A stretch of DNA of 64,000 bases from contig OZ245797.1 of the NCBI GenBank assembly GCA_965228195.1, forward strand, positions 356,383 to 420,382. The letters are read 5' to 3'. Positions within the stretch are counted from its first letter, which is position 1; each line of letters opens with the position of its first letter. Shown piece after piece: positions 42,775 through 52,504 of the stretch. This DNA is from Candidatus Cloacimonadales bacterium (GTDB lineage: Bacteria > Cloacimonadota > Cloacimonadia > G963667145). The position numbers and the translations under genes were made by a program. The notes under the pieces are model-generated. The model was not told the origin of the DNA. It saw only the letters and a program-made list of their open reading frames with translations, and ran no database searches.

Positions 42775-42862
42775 GAATATGTGTCAACAACTTTTTTAAA
42801 AGAAACCTAAAAAAGTGTTTGACAACTTTTAAGCCTCTTCAAAGTTTCCAAGAAAATAAAAG

Positions 42863-45058
42863 TTGGAGAATGTTGTTATGAAAAATATCAAAAAAGTCGA
42901 TGCTATGCGTAAATTAGATGGCGAAGTCTTGTTTATCGATGATATTCAAGCTGAAAATCTTTTGCACGCAAAGTTCATTTACTCGAGTAAAGCTCACGCA
43001 AAAATCAATAAAATCAATTTCCCGAAAAATTTCAATCTGGACGAATTTATCTTCGTGGACGCCAAAGATCTTCCTGGTAAAAACATCGTGGAAAACCCGG
43101 TGATGACCCAACCTCTTTTTGCCGAAAACAAAGAGGTGGAGTATTTTGGACAACCGATTATGGGTGTGGCTCACCAAGACAAAGACACCTTGCTCAAGTT
43201 TATGCAAGCCGTCCAAGTTGATTACACCGAGCTTCCAGCTGTTGTGGGGATCAAAGAGTGTTTGGAAAACGAAGAAAACGCTTTTCCTTACGACCCAAAA
43301 GATGTGGGTAACCCTTTCAAATCGCAAATCACAATCGATAATCACCAACACAAAGAGATCGACCCTTCTTGGGTAAAACATCATGGCGTCTACTACACAC
43401 CACACCAAGAGCAGCTCTACATCGAGCCTCAAGGCGTTGTGGCAGAGTATTTTCCTGCCGAGAGCAGGATGTTCGTCAAAGCCGCTTGCCAATGCCCATA
43501 CTACATTCACGAGGCTATCGAAATTTTTTATGGCGATGCCATCAAGAAAGTTGAGATCGAAGAGTCTGACGCTCTGGGCGGAGCTTTTGGCGGTAAAGAG
43601 GACTATCCAAACATCTTGTCAGGTATTGCCAGCCTTATCTCTTACAAAAACGGCGGTGGCAAAGTAAAACTGGTGTTAGATCGTGAAGACGACATCCAGA
43701 TAACCACCAAAAGACACCCCAGCAGATCGGAGATCACCTCTTACACCGACCCCAAAACAGGACAGATGGAAAAAGTTTATATCGATTTCCGTTTGGACGC
43801 TGGTGCTTACGAGACTCACTCTCCAGTGGTGATGGCCAGAGGCGCTCTGCACGCTGGTGGCACCTACAACTGCACCGATGTCAAAATCTTTGCTCGCTTT
43901 TTCAAGAGTAACACTCCACCAAACGGTGCTTTCCGTGGCTTTGGCGCACCTCAGTCGCAGTTCGCCATCGAGGTGCACGCCCAAGAGGTTGCCGACAAAA
44001 TCGGAATTAGCTTCTTAGATTTCAAGAGAAAAAACATCTTGCGACCAAACGACATCTTCCCTACCACGCAGGTAAACAAAGTGGATAGCGTCTACCAGAC
44101 GATGAAGGTTGCTTTGGAAAAATCTGATTACGAGAAAAAAATCAAAGAGTTTGCCGAATACAACAAGAGTCACAAAATCAAAAAAGGCATCGGCATCTCC
44201 ACAGGTATGCACGGCGGTGGATTTACCGGCACCGGCGAGAAGACGATGGCTTCCAAGGTGCGCGTAAACATCGACAAAGACGCCGTTGTCAAAATCTATG
44301 TATCTTCCACAGATATGGGTCAAGGCTGCTCTACCTCGTTGCCCCAATGCTTCAGCGAAGAGATCGGTCATCCTTTGAGCAAAACTTTTTACCAAACTCC
44401 AAACACCCAAAAAACTCCTAACAGCGGGCCAACGGTTGCCTCAAGAACTATCTACATCGTGGGTAACCTTTTGCGAAAAATGGCTAAAGAGTTAGTGGCT
44501 GAAGATTTCGGTGGCAAGAAGATCGAAGATTATGTAGCTGCCAATCAAGACCAATTCCCTAAAGATTTTTACAAAACTTTCGAACTAGACCCATCTATCC
44601 AGTTCGATGTGGCAACCTACAAAGGCATGGGATACGGAGATTTCTCTTGGGGTTGTGGAGTCGTCGAAATTGAATACGATCCAGACACCTACCAAGTCGA
44701 TGTGAAAAAAAGCTGGTTTGGTATCGATGTTGGCAGAAGAGTCAACCAAGAGATTTGCGAAGGGCAGATCCAAGGCGGAGTATTGCAAGCCATCGGCTGG
44801 GGTTCGACCGAGTATATCGAAAGAAAGAATATGAAAGGGACATCGATCACCGACTACATCGCTTACACCAGTGCCGACGCTCCTGAGCTGAATGTCTATT
44901 TCACCGACAACGACGCTTCCAAGCCAAAAGGTTTGGGCGAGTTGCCTATGGACTTCCCCGCCTCGGCAGTTACCGACGCTCTGCACAACGCCACCGGCAT
45001 CATCTTACCGGAAATTCCAGTGATCCCCGAGAACATCAGAGACGCTATCAAAAACTAA
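42863..45058 (+). CDS. molybdopterin-dependent oxidoreductase, xanthine dehydrogenase / aldehyde oxidase large (MoCo-binding) subunit family
   Basis: 731 aa. a/b-hammerhead N-terminal region and GGGFGGK-like GGAFGGKEDY motif, with C-terminal MoCo-binding domains. Confidence 0.8.
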   Translation: MENVVMKNIKKVDAMRKLDGEVLFIDDIQAENLLHAKFIYSSKAHAKINKINFPKNFNLDEFIFVDAKDLPGKNIVENPVMTQPLFAENKEVEYFGQPIMGVAHQDKDTLLKFMQAVQVDYTELPAVVGIKECLENEENAFPYDPKDVGNPFKSQITIDNHQHKEIDPSWVKHHGVYYTPHQEQLYIEPQGVVAEYFPAESRMFVKAACQCPYYIHEAIEIFYGDAIKKVEIEESDALGGAFGGKEDYPNILSGIASLISYKNGGGKVKLVLDREDDIQITTKRHPSRSEITSYTDPKTGQMEKVYIDFRLDAGAYETHSPVVMARGALHAGGTYNCTDVKIFARFFKSNTPPNGAFRGFGAPQSQFAIEVHAQEVADKIGISFLDFKRKNILRPNDIFPTTQVNKVDSVYQTMKVALEKSDYEKKIKEFAEYNKSHKIKKGIGISTGMHGGGFTGTGEKTMASKVRVNIDKDAVVKIYVSSTDMGQGCSTSLPQCFSEEIGHPLSKTFYQTPNTQKTPNSGPTVASRTIYIVGNLLRKMAKELVAEDFGGKKIEDYVAANQDQFPKDFYKTFELDPSIQFDVATYKGMGYGDFSWGCGVVEIEYDPDTYQVDVKKSWFGIDVGRRVNQEICEGQIQGGVLQAIGWGSTEYIERKNMKGTSITDYIAYTSADAPELNVYFTDNDASKPKGLGELPMDFPASAVTDALHNATGIILPEIPVIPENIRDAIKN

Positions 45059-45074
45059 ACCATAAAAAAGCAAA

Positions 45075-45106
45075 AGACAGAGCTTTCAAGCTCTGTCTTT
45101 TTTTAT
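45075..45106 (+). terminator. intrinsic terminator after the Mo-hydroxylase gene
   Basis: AGACAGAGC-tttcaa-GCTCTGTCT followed by TTTTTTT. Confidence 0.75.
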
Positions 45107-45133
45107 GCGAGAAAAAAAAACTCAGGGAAAACA

Positions 45134-45400
45134 CTACTGATAAACCTCTTTTCTGTGGGCAATCCGAATTATGGTTATGATTAAAACCCCTTTCTCTTTT
45201 GCGTAAACAACCCTGTAGTTGCCCACTCGTAGCCGATACTTCTGGCTACCTCTGCCGATGAGCTTTTTGGTGCTGCCTGCCAACACACTCGGGTCGCAAG
45301 CCAACAGCTTCAGCTTATCAACTACCCTTTTTTGCCAGATCAAATCTATCTTTTCCAGCTCTTTCTTAGCTTTTTTCAAGAAGATTACCTTATACTTCAT
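45134..45400 (-). CDS. type II toxin, RelE/ParE family
   Basis: 88 aa. ...KKAKKELEKI...YRLRVGNYRVVYAKEKGVLIITIIRIAHRKEVY is a typical RelE/ParE fold sequence. Overlaps the upstream antitoxin by 4 nt. Confidence 0.75.
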   Translation of the reverse strand: MKYKVIFLKKAKKELEKIDLIWQKRVVDKLKLLACDPSVLAGSTKKLIGRGSQKYRLRVGNYRVVYAKEKGVLIITIIRIAHRKEVYQ

Positions 45401-45612
45401 AGATTTAGCTCTTGTTCAATCTCCTCTAGGGTATAACTCTCTTCTCTGTTTTTAAGCCTTATTTCGGCTAGCTCAGAGTCTTTGATGTCGAAATAGAGGT
45501 TCAAAGCTTCGGAAACGATGCGACTCTTCTTTTCGCCCAACTCTTTGGCGAAAAGAGACAGTTCTTCGGTTACCTCTGAGGGTAAGGTGATAGTCAATTT
45601 GTTTGCACTCAT
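45397..45612 (-). CDS. antitoxin, ribbon-helix-helix (CopG-like) family
   Basis: 71 aa. N-terminal beta-strand KLTITLPSEVTEEL and helix pattern. Positioned immediately upstream of the toxin. Confidence 0.6.
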   Translation of the reverse strand: MSANKLTITLPSEVTEELSLFAKELGEKKSRIVSEALNLYFDIKDSELAEIRLKNREESYTLEEIEQELNL

Positions 45613-45730
45613 TTGTCCTCCTAAAAAGCCTTACTTTATGCCATACTTTTAAGGGGATGCTTTTTGTCAAGGAGTTAAACAAAAATGTTTTGAGATTTTT
45701 TGCTTGTTTATGAAGATTTGGCTGTCTTGA

Positions 45731-46972
45731 CTAGATTAACTCGCCTACCAAGTCGTATTCAAAACTATCGACGATTTTGACTTTTTGGATTGTGCCAACT
45801 TCGGCTTCGTCGTCCAGATAGACAACGCCGTCTATCTCGGGAGCGTCAAACCTGCTGCGGGCGATGTTTGGCTCGTCCAAGATAACCTCTAACTCTTTGC
45901 CCACAAACCTTTTCAGGTTGGCTCTGGAGATGTCGATCTGAGCGCTCATCAAGATATCGGCTCGCTCTTGAGCCAAAGCGGTCTCCACCTCTGGGTGAAG
46001 GTCGTAGGCGGCTGTTCCTTCCTCTTTGGAGTAAGCAAAAACGCCCATCTTATCAAACTGGTTGGTTTGAACAAAACTTTTGAGCGTGGCAAAATCTTGC
46101 TCCTCCTCACCAGGGAAACCGGTGATGAAGGTGGTTCTTATCGCCTTTTCTTGAGGAAAACAGCGAATGTAGTCCAGTAGCTCCTGGATCTCCTTTTGAC
46201 CTTTTTGACGATTCATTGCCCGCAAAATCTTGTCGCTAGCGTGTTGAAAAGGAACTTCAAAGTAGTTACAAATCTTGGGATTGGCAAAAATAAAATCGAT
46301 GAACTTTTTTTGCAAGTGGTCGGGATGCAGATACAAAAGCCTGATCCAGCGAATACCATCCACTTCGCTCAAAGCTTGCAAAAGCTCTATCAGGCGCACC
46401 TGGTCGTAAAGATCTTTCCCGTAAAGACAAATATCTTGAGCGGTGACAATCAGCTCTTTGACCCCTTTTTGGGCAAGACTCCTTGCTTCTGCCAGTAGCT
46501 CTTCAACGCTCCTGCTGGTAAATCTGCCCCGAATATAAGGGATGGCACAGTAGCTACAGTAGTTGTCGCAACCATCACTAATGCGCAGGTATGCATAATG
46601 TTTGGGCGTGAGCAAGGCTCTATCGTCGATGGCAGAGGTGGCAAAGATTTTGGCGAACTGTTCAAAACCTTTTAACTCCACCAGATAATCTATCTCAGGG
46701 ATCTCCTCTCGCAAAGCTTTTTTGTATCGCTTCACAAAGCAGCCGGTGACGATGAGCTGTGCCGATTTTTTCTTCGCCTTGGCAGATTGCAAAATCGTCT
46801 CGATAGCTTCTTGTTTGGCAGATTCGATAAACGCACAAGTGTTGACGATGACAAACTCCGCTTGCTCCAAGCTGGTAGCGGCTTCTTGTCCGCTTTTTTC
46901 TAGGATAGCTTTAAACCGCTCGCTGTCCACCAAGTTTTTGGGACAACCTAGGCTAATCAAAAAGTAGCTCAA
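45731..46972 (-). CDS. rimO: ribosomal protein S12 methylthiotransferase RimO
   Basis: MTTase N-domain (SLGCPKNLVDSE), radical-SAM CxxxCxxC (CDNYCSYC) and C-terminal TRAM domain. The short N-terminus is typical of RimO. Confidence 0.85.
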   Translation of the reverse strand: MSYFLISLGCPKNLVDSERFKAILEKSGQEAATSLEQAEFVIVNTCAFIESAKQEAIETILQSAKAKKKSAQLIVTGCFVKRYKKALREEIPEIDYLVELKGFEQFAKIFATSAIDDRALLTPKHYAYLRISDGCDNYCSYCAIPYIRGRFTSRSVEELLAEARSLAQKGVKELIVTAQDICLYGKDLYDQVRLIELLQALSEVDGIRWIRLLYLHPDHLQKKFIDFIFANPKICNYFEVPFQHASDKILRAMNRQKGQKEIQELLDYIRCFPQEKAIRTTFITGFPGEEEQDFATLKSFVQTNQFDKMGVFAYSKEEGTAAYDLHPEVETALAQERADILMSAQIDISRANLKRFVGKELEVILDEPNIARSRFDAPEIDGVVYLDDEAEVGTIQKVKIVDSFEYDLVGELI

Positions 46973-48669
46973 ATCTTGCCCAGCTTCTTCAAAAGCGACT
47001 TCAACTTCTTAAAATCTTCTTTGATGTTCATCATTGCCCCGGGCATAAACCGGGCTTGCTCAAACTTATTGTTTAGCCACTTCACCTGTGAGATCAGCTT
47101 TTCATCGACACCTTTGCCTACCAAAAGATCGTAAACTTCTAGGCTAGTGGCAGATTTATCCAAGCAAAGCAGATCGCAAAGAAAGTGCATCAGCCCTTTG
47201 TGAGCGGCAGGATAAAACTCAGGGTCGCCAGAGCCAGCGAGGTTAGAGGCGTCTTTGATATACTTTTTGAAAACCTGTTCCGAGCTTTTGCGTTTAAGAT
47301 AATCTTGGTCAAACCTCTTATTTCGTTTGGCTTTCAATATCTTGCCCAAAACAAACGCTGCCAAAACCACCGACAAGCACAAAACCCAATAACGGTAATC
47401 TTCCACCCAGATGATATCTGGACTGAGTTTGGGATCGGTGATGATAAAATCTATATCTTCGCCACTTTTTTTTACGGTCTGAGGGCTACTGCCAGAAGAA
47501 TATTGGGCAAACCCCTCTTTATTCTTCTTGACTTTTATTCTTATCTTCTTCGTGGTCAGCTTCTGATACTTCCCGCTCTGAGGCGAAAAAGCCCAAAAAG
47601 TAGTGGCAGGAATGGTAAAACTACCCGCTTTCTTGGCAATCACCATATATTTAGCTTGGTTCAAACCTTCCTTATTGGTGATCTCAGGGGTAGCAAAGCG
47701 GTATTTATCGTTTTTGGCAAACTTGGGAAAATCGTCAACGAAGTTCCCGTTACCACTGACTTTAATGGTGTAGGTGATCGCATCACCCACATCTACCACC
47801 TTGGAGCTAACCGACGAGCTTATCTGAAAATCTCCGATTGAGCCTGCGAAATCTGCGGGTCCCGAAGGCAAATCTTTGACCAAAAGCTCTTGCTCTTGGC
47901 TAACAAGGCGATAATCTTTGCTCCTGCCGAAGCTAAAGAAGTCGTCACCTTCCCTCACCGAGGCGGTAAGCACCATGGGGGTAATCTTTAACTTGCCCGC
48001 TTTTTGGGGAGAAAGCTGATAAGAGGCGATCTGCATCTTGCCGTAAATGACGCCGCCAACGATGTTTTGGGTGAAATTGACTTGCTTGGCAGCAAAAGTT
48101 TGCTTGCTCCAAAATCCGTCGAAAACAGGGTCGCTCACCTTTCGCAAGCCAGAAACGTTGTAGCGGGTGTAAACGAAGTAACTGAGCAAAACTTTTTCGC
48201 CCACATAGACAGAGTTCTTGCTCAAGTTGGTTTTGATATAAAGAGGCGAGCCACTAGATTTGGTCGCTTGGGCTGGGTTTTTGCTCACCGTTATCTGGAT
48301 AGGTTTGGTGGTGTAAATCTTGGCGCCTACCACCAACTTTTGGACAGGGATCGTCAAAGAGCCCACCTTTGTCGGCATCAATGTGTATTTGTAACTGATA
48401 GTTTTATTTTTGGAGCTTTTACCGTTCACCAGACGATAACTGGTGGAAGTGTAGTGAGATCTGCCAATAATCTTAAACCCTGCCAACTTAGACAATTTGG
48501 GCTGAGGAAGAGTTTTATCTGTCTCCACCACCTGCAGAGTCAACTCCAGCTCCTCGTGGATCGACAAAGTTGTCCTATCGACACTGGCACTGAAGCTACT
48601 GCCAAAAAGCAAAGCAAACCCAAAGCTAGCGGCGACTAAACAAAGCCACCTCTTACCAATACTTCCCAT
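46969..48669 (-). CDS. batD: BatD family protein (aerotolerance operon)
   Basis: 566 aa with signal peptide, beta-rich extracellular region and a single C-terminal TM. Position after batC. Confidence 0.7.
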   Translation of the reverse strand: MGSIGKRWLCLVAASFGFALLFGSSFSASVDRTTLSIHEELELTLQVVETDKTLPQPKLSKLAGFKIIGRSHYTSTSYRLVNGKSSKNKTISYKYTLMPTKVGSLTIPVQKLVVGAKIYTTKPIQITVSKNPAQATKSSGSPLYIKTNLSKNSVYVGEKVLLSYFVYTRYNVSGLRKVSDPVFDGFWSKQTFAAKQVNFTQNIVGGVIYGKMQIASYQLSPQKAGKLKITPMVLTASVREGDDFFSFGRSKDYRLVSQEQELLVKDLPSGPADFAGSIGDFQISSSVSSKVVDVGDAITYTIKVSGNGNFVDDFPKFAKNDKYRFATPEITNKEGLNQAKYMVIAKKAGSFTIPATTFWAFSPQSGKYQKLTTKKIRIKVKKNKEGFAQYSSGSSPQTVKKSGEDIDFIITDPKLSPDIIWVEDYRYWVLCLSVVLAAFVLGKILKAKRNKRFDQDYLKRKSSEQVFKKYIKDASNLAGSGDPEFYPAAHKGLMHFLCDLLCLDKSATSLEVYDLLVGKGVDEKLISQVKWLNNKFEQARFMPGAMMNIKEDFKKLKSLLKKLGKI

Positions 48670-49489
48670 TGGCTGGCACCTCCCCTTTTTGGTTCGAGAG
48701 TTTTATGCGCAACATCTTCTCTTTATTCAAAATCTTATCGATTTTTTTATCTGCCATCTTTTTCTTGATCGCCTCTCTTTTTTCGGCTTTCTTCTTCTGA
48801 GGATCTTTTTGTTTATCTTGGTTGGTTAAATCTTGTTTTTGCTCAGATTTGTCTTGGTTTTTTTGCTTTTTTTGTTCTGAAGAGCGCTTGTCTTGCTCTT
48901 TTTGTTGATCAGAGTTTTTCTGATCTTCACCTTTTTTTTGTTGCTGCTGATCTTTTTTATCTTCTCGTTTTTGATCTTGGTCGTCTTTACTATCTTTTTT
49001 CTTTCCTTCTTGGTCTTGTTTGTTTTGATCATCACCCGACTGCTGGGGCTGCTTTTGTTGCTTTTGTTTCATCTTCTCGGCTATTTCCAGATTCAACCTC
49101 GCCTGATAGTTGCCAGGGTCCTCTTTAATCGCCTGAATGTAAGAGTTTTTGGCTTTCTCAAACTCACCTTTCTTAAAGTAAGAGTTACCAATATTTTGAT
49201 ACGCAAAAGATCTAGCCTCAAAATCTTTGTCCAGCAAGGCGATGTTATATTGAGCAAGAGCGTTATCATAATCTTGATTCTTGTAATAACTATCACCAAG
49301 GTTAAAATTAAAAACGCCATTTTTCTCTTTCTTGCCAGCGGTCATCTTCAAAAAATCTTCGCTGGCTGCAGAAAACTCCCCTTTTTGGTAAGCGCTTTTA
49401 CCCAAGTAGTTGTGATAAACCTCGGCAAAGTTTAGCGCAAAACAAAAGCTAAATTGAAGCAAAACGACAAAAAATATTTTTCTTTTCAT
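48653..49489 (-). CDS. batC: BatC-like TPR protein with long Q/K/D/E low-complexity tail
   Basis: Signal peptide, 3 TPR units (…LGDSYYKNQDYDNALAQYNIALL…), then about 120 aa of KQDQ/KKD repeats. Confidence 0.65.
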   Translation of the reverse strand: MKRKIFFVVLLQFSFCFALNFAEVYHNYLGKSAYQKGEFSAASEDFLKMTAGKKEKNGVFNFNLGDSYYKNQDYDNALAQYNIALLDKDFEARSFAYQNIGNSYFKKGEFEKAKNSYIQAIKEDPGNYQARLNLEIAEKMKQKQQKQPQQSGDDQNKQDQEGKKKDSKDDQDQKREDKKDQQQQKKGEDQKNSDQQKEQDKRSSEQKKQKNQDKSEQKQDLTNQDKQKDPQKKKAEKREAIKKKMADKKIDKILNKEKMLRIKLSNQKGEVPANGKYW

Positions 49490-49491
49490 AC

Positions 49492-50496
49492 CTACTCCAA
49501 AAACCGATCGTTATTTACTACAGATTTGCGAAAGACAAAAAACTCCAACAACAAAAATAGAAGAGCCAAAAGAGCAAAGTAGGAGTATTTGTGTTTGTAG
49601 GTGGTGTGCAACTTGTTGGAGAACTTGCTCTTTTCCATTTTGCTGATATCCTCTAGGATGGTGAAGATCTCAGACTGGTTGGGGGTGATGGCATAAGCTC
49701 TGCCTCCGGTGGTTTGAGCGATGGAAGACAAAGTTGCCATATCTAGCTTGGACTGGACGATATCGCCTTGCTCGTCTTTCACATATTTGCCGCCAGCACT
49801 CTGGTCTATCACCGCACTGCCAAGAGGCGTACCCACACCAACACAATAGACACGCACCCCTTCTTTCTTTAGGTCAGCGGCTATCTGCAAAACATCGCCC
49901 GACAAATTTTCGCCATCGGAGATCAGCAAGATTATTTTCTGCTCCCCGGTGAGCACCTGTATCGCTTTTTGCAAAGCGTCGGCGATGTTGGTGCCGTATT
50001 TTTTGATGAGGTTAGTTCCCAAAAGATCGACAAAAAGCCTAAAGGTAGAGTAGTCGTTGGTAAGCGGACACTGAATTTTAGCCACGCCAGCAAAAGGTAT
50101 CAAGGCGACTCTATCCCCTGGGAGCTGATCGACAAAAAGGTTTATCAAGTCTTTGGCTCTGGCGAGCCTAGAGGGCGATATGTCCGAGGCGTCCATACTT
50201 TTGCTGACATCCACACAGATTGCCACATCCACCCCTTTTTGCTCCACTTTCTGGGTGTGCTTATCCCATTTGGGAGCAGACATTGCCACTATCAAGAAGA
50301 AAAAGGAGGTCAAATAGAGAAGATTTTTCACTTTCCAAACAAAACCAAACCTCTCTTTTAGATAGTAGGGACAAAACTTCGCTTCGGCAAACTTACAAAA
50401 ATAGCGATAAAAAAACCTCTGGCTGAACAAAAAAAGAACGAAAAAAAACGGCACCAATAGCAAAAAATACAAAACAAAAGGGTATTCAAACTTCAT
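49492..50496 (-). CDS. batB: VWA-domain protein BatB
   Basis: Two N-terminal TM segments, then a VWA domain with MIDAS DVSKSMDASD. Confidence 0.75.
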   Translation of the reverse strand: MKFEYPFVLYFLLLVPFFFVLFLFSQRFFYRYFCKFAEAKFCPYYLKERFGFVWKVKNLLYLTSFFFLIVAMSAPKWDKHTQKVEQKGVDVAICVDVSKSMDASDISPSRLARAKDLINLFVDQLPGDRVALIPFAGVAKIQCPLTNDYSTFRLFVDLLGTNLIKKYGTNIADALQKAIQVLTGEQKIILLISDGENLSGDVLQIAADLKKEGVRVYCVGVGTPLGSAVIDQSAGGKYVKDEQGDIVQSKLDMATLSSIAQTTGGRAYAITPNQSEIFTILEDISKMEKSKFSNKLHTTYKHKYSYFALLALLFLLLEFFVFRKSVVNNDRFLE

Positions 50497-50517
50497 AACA
50501 TCTTCTCTTTTATCATC

Positions 50518-51504
50518 TTAGGGTAAATAGATTTTCAAGGGAACTCGCAAAACGAACTCCAAAAGCATAAACAAAAATGCCAATCCCAGATAGATCCAAA
50601 ACTTCTCTTTATACTCGTAGTAGTTTTTAATCTTATATTTACTCTTTTCCAACTTATCGATGCGCGCAAAAATCTGCTCCAACTCCTTGGTGCTTTGCGC
50701 CCTGCGAGCAAAACCAGTTCCGGTGGTTTTAGCAATATCGTTTAGCGTTTGCATATCGATAGGGATATTCACCTTTTGGTAAGAGGTTTTCCCGAAAAAG
50801 TTTTGATAAGGGTAATCGACCATCCCCTGCTTGCCCACACCGATCGGATAAACCTTGACCCCGTAAGTTGCTGCCAACTCCGCTGCTTCCGCAGGCGAGA
50901 TATCGCCCGCATTGTTTCTGCCGTCGGTAAGCAAAATCACCACTTTCGATTTGGCTTGGCTATCTCGCAATCTGCCCACAGCCGTCGCCAATCCCAAGCC
51001 TATGGCCGTGCCTTGAGCGGTCTCATCGATTTTGACATCTTCGATTATCTGACCGAGCAGCCCGTAATCTAGCGTCAAAGGACAAGAGGTAAAAGCGAAG
51101 TCGGAGAAAGTGACCAAACCGATCTTGTCGTTGCCTCTTTTTTTAACGAAGCTCAAAGCCACCTTCTTGGCTGCCTCCAGTCGATTGGTCGGCTTCAGAT
51201 CTACCGCCTGCATCGATCCAGAAACATCCAAAGCCAAAAAGATGTCGATGCCTTTGCCGGTGATTTCCGTTTTCTTACGAGCATTTTGTGGTCTTGCCAG
51301 AGCCAAGATGAGACAGACGATAGCAGCTAACCTCAAGAAAAAAGGGAAAAATCGCCACCAAGACGACCTCTTGTAAACTGCTTTGAGCAAATCGATCCGC
51401 GAGTAAGGAATTTTGGCTTTATGCTTGTTGCGGTAAAATATTTCAAAAAGCAAGACGGGGATTAAAAGCAGAAGCAGCCAAAGATATTGAGGGTCTCTAA
51501 ACAT
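50518..51504 (-). CDS. batA: VWA-domain protein BatA
   Basis: N-terminal TMs and VWA MIDAS LDVSGSMQAVD. Confidence 0.75.
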   Translation of the reverse strand: MFRDPQYLWLLLLLIPVLLFEIFYRNKHKAKIPYSRIDLLKAVYKRSSWWRFFPFFLRLAAIVCLILALARPQNARKKTEITGKGIDIFLALDVSGSMQAVDLKPTNRLEAAKKVALSFVKKRGNDKIGLVTFSDFAFTSCPLTLDYGLLGQIIEDVKIDETAQGTAIGLGLATAVGRLRDSQAKSKVVILLTDGRNNAGDISPAEAAELAATYGVKVYPIGVGKQGMVDYPYQNFFGKTSYQKVNIPIDMQTLNDIAKTTGTGFARRAQSTKELEQIFARIDKLEKSKYKIKNYYEYKEKFWIYLGLAFLFMLLEFVLRVPLKIYLP

Positions 51505-52504
51505 CTTGCTCCCCCTTTTTTTTTGAGGATTGACTTGCGCTGGGCGATTGACTCTGCCCGGCAGAACTTACCGAAAGATTTTGCTGGGCAGCTCTTTGCG
51601 CCTTCTCTTCTTCTTCTTTCTTGGCTTGCCAAAAAAGTTGCTTCGCCCACCGGCAATAATCTTCTGCCAAAGCTTTGTCGCCTGCATATTTAGCAAACTT
51701 AACCAGATCGGCGTAAGCAAAAATTTCAAAAAGTTTGTTGTGTTGACTCATATTAGCCAGCCTTATCACCTCTTTCAGCTCGTCCGTGGTCATCTGCGTC
51801 GCCGAGAGGTGGTGCGCTCTCTCCAAAAAAATCCGCAAAGAAAAAGAGAGTCGGAAGAAGTAGTCGAGCAGATTACCTTTTTGCAAGCTCTTTTCGGCTT
51901 TGCGCAAGCTTTGCAAACCCACTTGCCAAGCAGGTCGATCGTCGATAACCTCTTGCTCTTGGGCGAGATTTCGCCTGCCTCGAAGCAGAAGCGATAACAA
52001 AAAGATTACCAGCAGCAAAATCGCCAAGCCAAACAAAATGGTCAAATACTCTAACGCTCCCAAATAGACAGATTGCGGCGGACGCACATCGGCAATATCT
52101 TTGATCGTGGTGTCCAAAAGTGAGTGGACGACAAAGGGGTAAGAGTCGCTGGTTATCTTCTTCGAATTGCCTTTTTGGTCTGGATAGGTGAAGCTCAAGC
52201 TGGGCAAACTAACCAAACCTCCCGAGGTGAAGATAAACTGATGCGACAACTTTATGCCGTCTTTGGCTTCAACGACCTTCACATCTAGCAAAGACAAATC
52301 TGGCAACGTATCGAACAAAGGCATTTTGATCTGGGGCTCGGTTTCGATGCTACAAGCAAGATCGGCGTCGGGCAAAACTATCTCGGCGGTGAAAACAGTT
52401 CCCACTGTCAACGAATCGGGAGCTTTTATCAGCCATTTTTGCTCTGCCCAAGCCAGCGAAACTAACAGCAAAACAGCTGCAACTAAAAATCTTTTCTGGC
52501 TCAT
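51497..52504 (-). CDS. hypothetical membrane protein of the bat operon (DUF4381-like position)
   Basis: Signal peptide, one central TM, and a C-terminal charged tail. Overlaps both neighbours (operonic). Confidence 0.5.
   Translation of the reverse strand: MSQKRFLVAAVLLLVSLAWAEQKWLIKAPDSLTVGTVFTAEIVLPDADLACSIETEPQIKMPLFDTLPDLSLLDVKVVEAKDGIKLSHQFIFTSGGLVSLPSLSFTYPDQKGNSKKITSDSYPFVVHSLLDTTIKDIADVRPPQSVYLGALEYLTILFGLAILLLVIFLLSLLLRGRRNLAQEQEVIDDRPAWQVGLQSLRKAEKSLQKGNLLDYFFRLSFSLRIFLERAHHLSATQMTTDELKEVIRLANMSQHNKLFEIFAYADLVKFAKYAGDKALAEDYCRWAKQLFWQAKKEEEEKAQRAAQQNLSVSSAGQSQSPSASQSSKKKGEQDV

Noticed and set aside
47185-48639. 218-aa and 211-aa plus-strand ORFs inside batD
   Set aside because: They are antisense to a coherent BatD gene, with no motifs.
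48826-49435. K-rich and L/F-rich ORFs on both strands within the batC low-complexity region
   Set aside because: They are translation artefacts of the AAG/GAT-rich repeat encoding BatC's tail.
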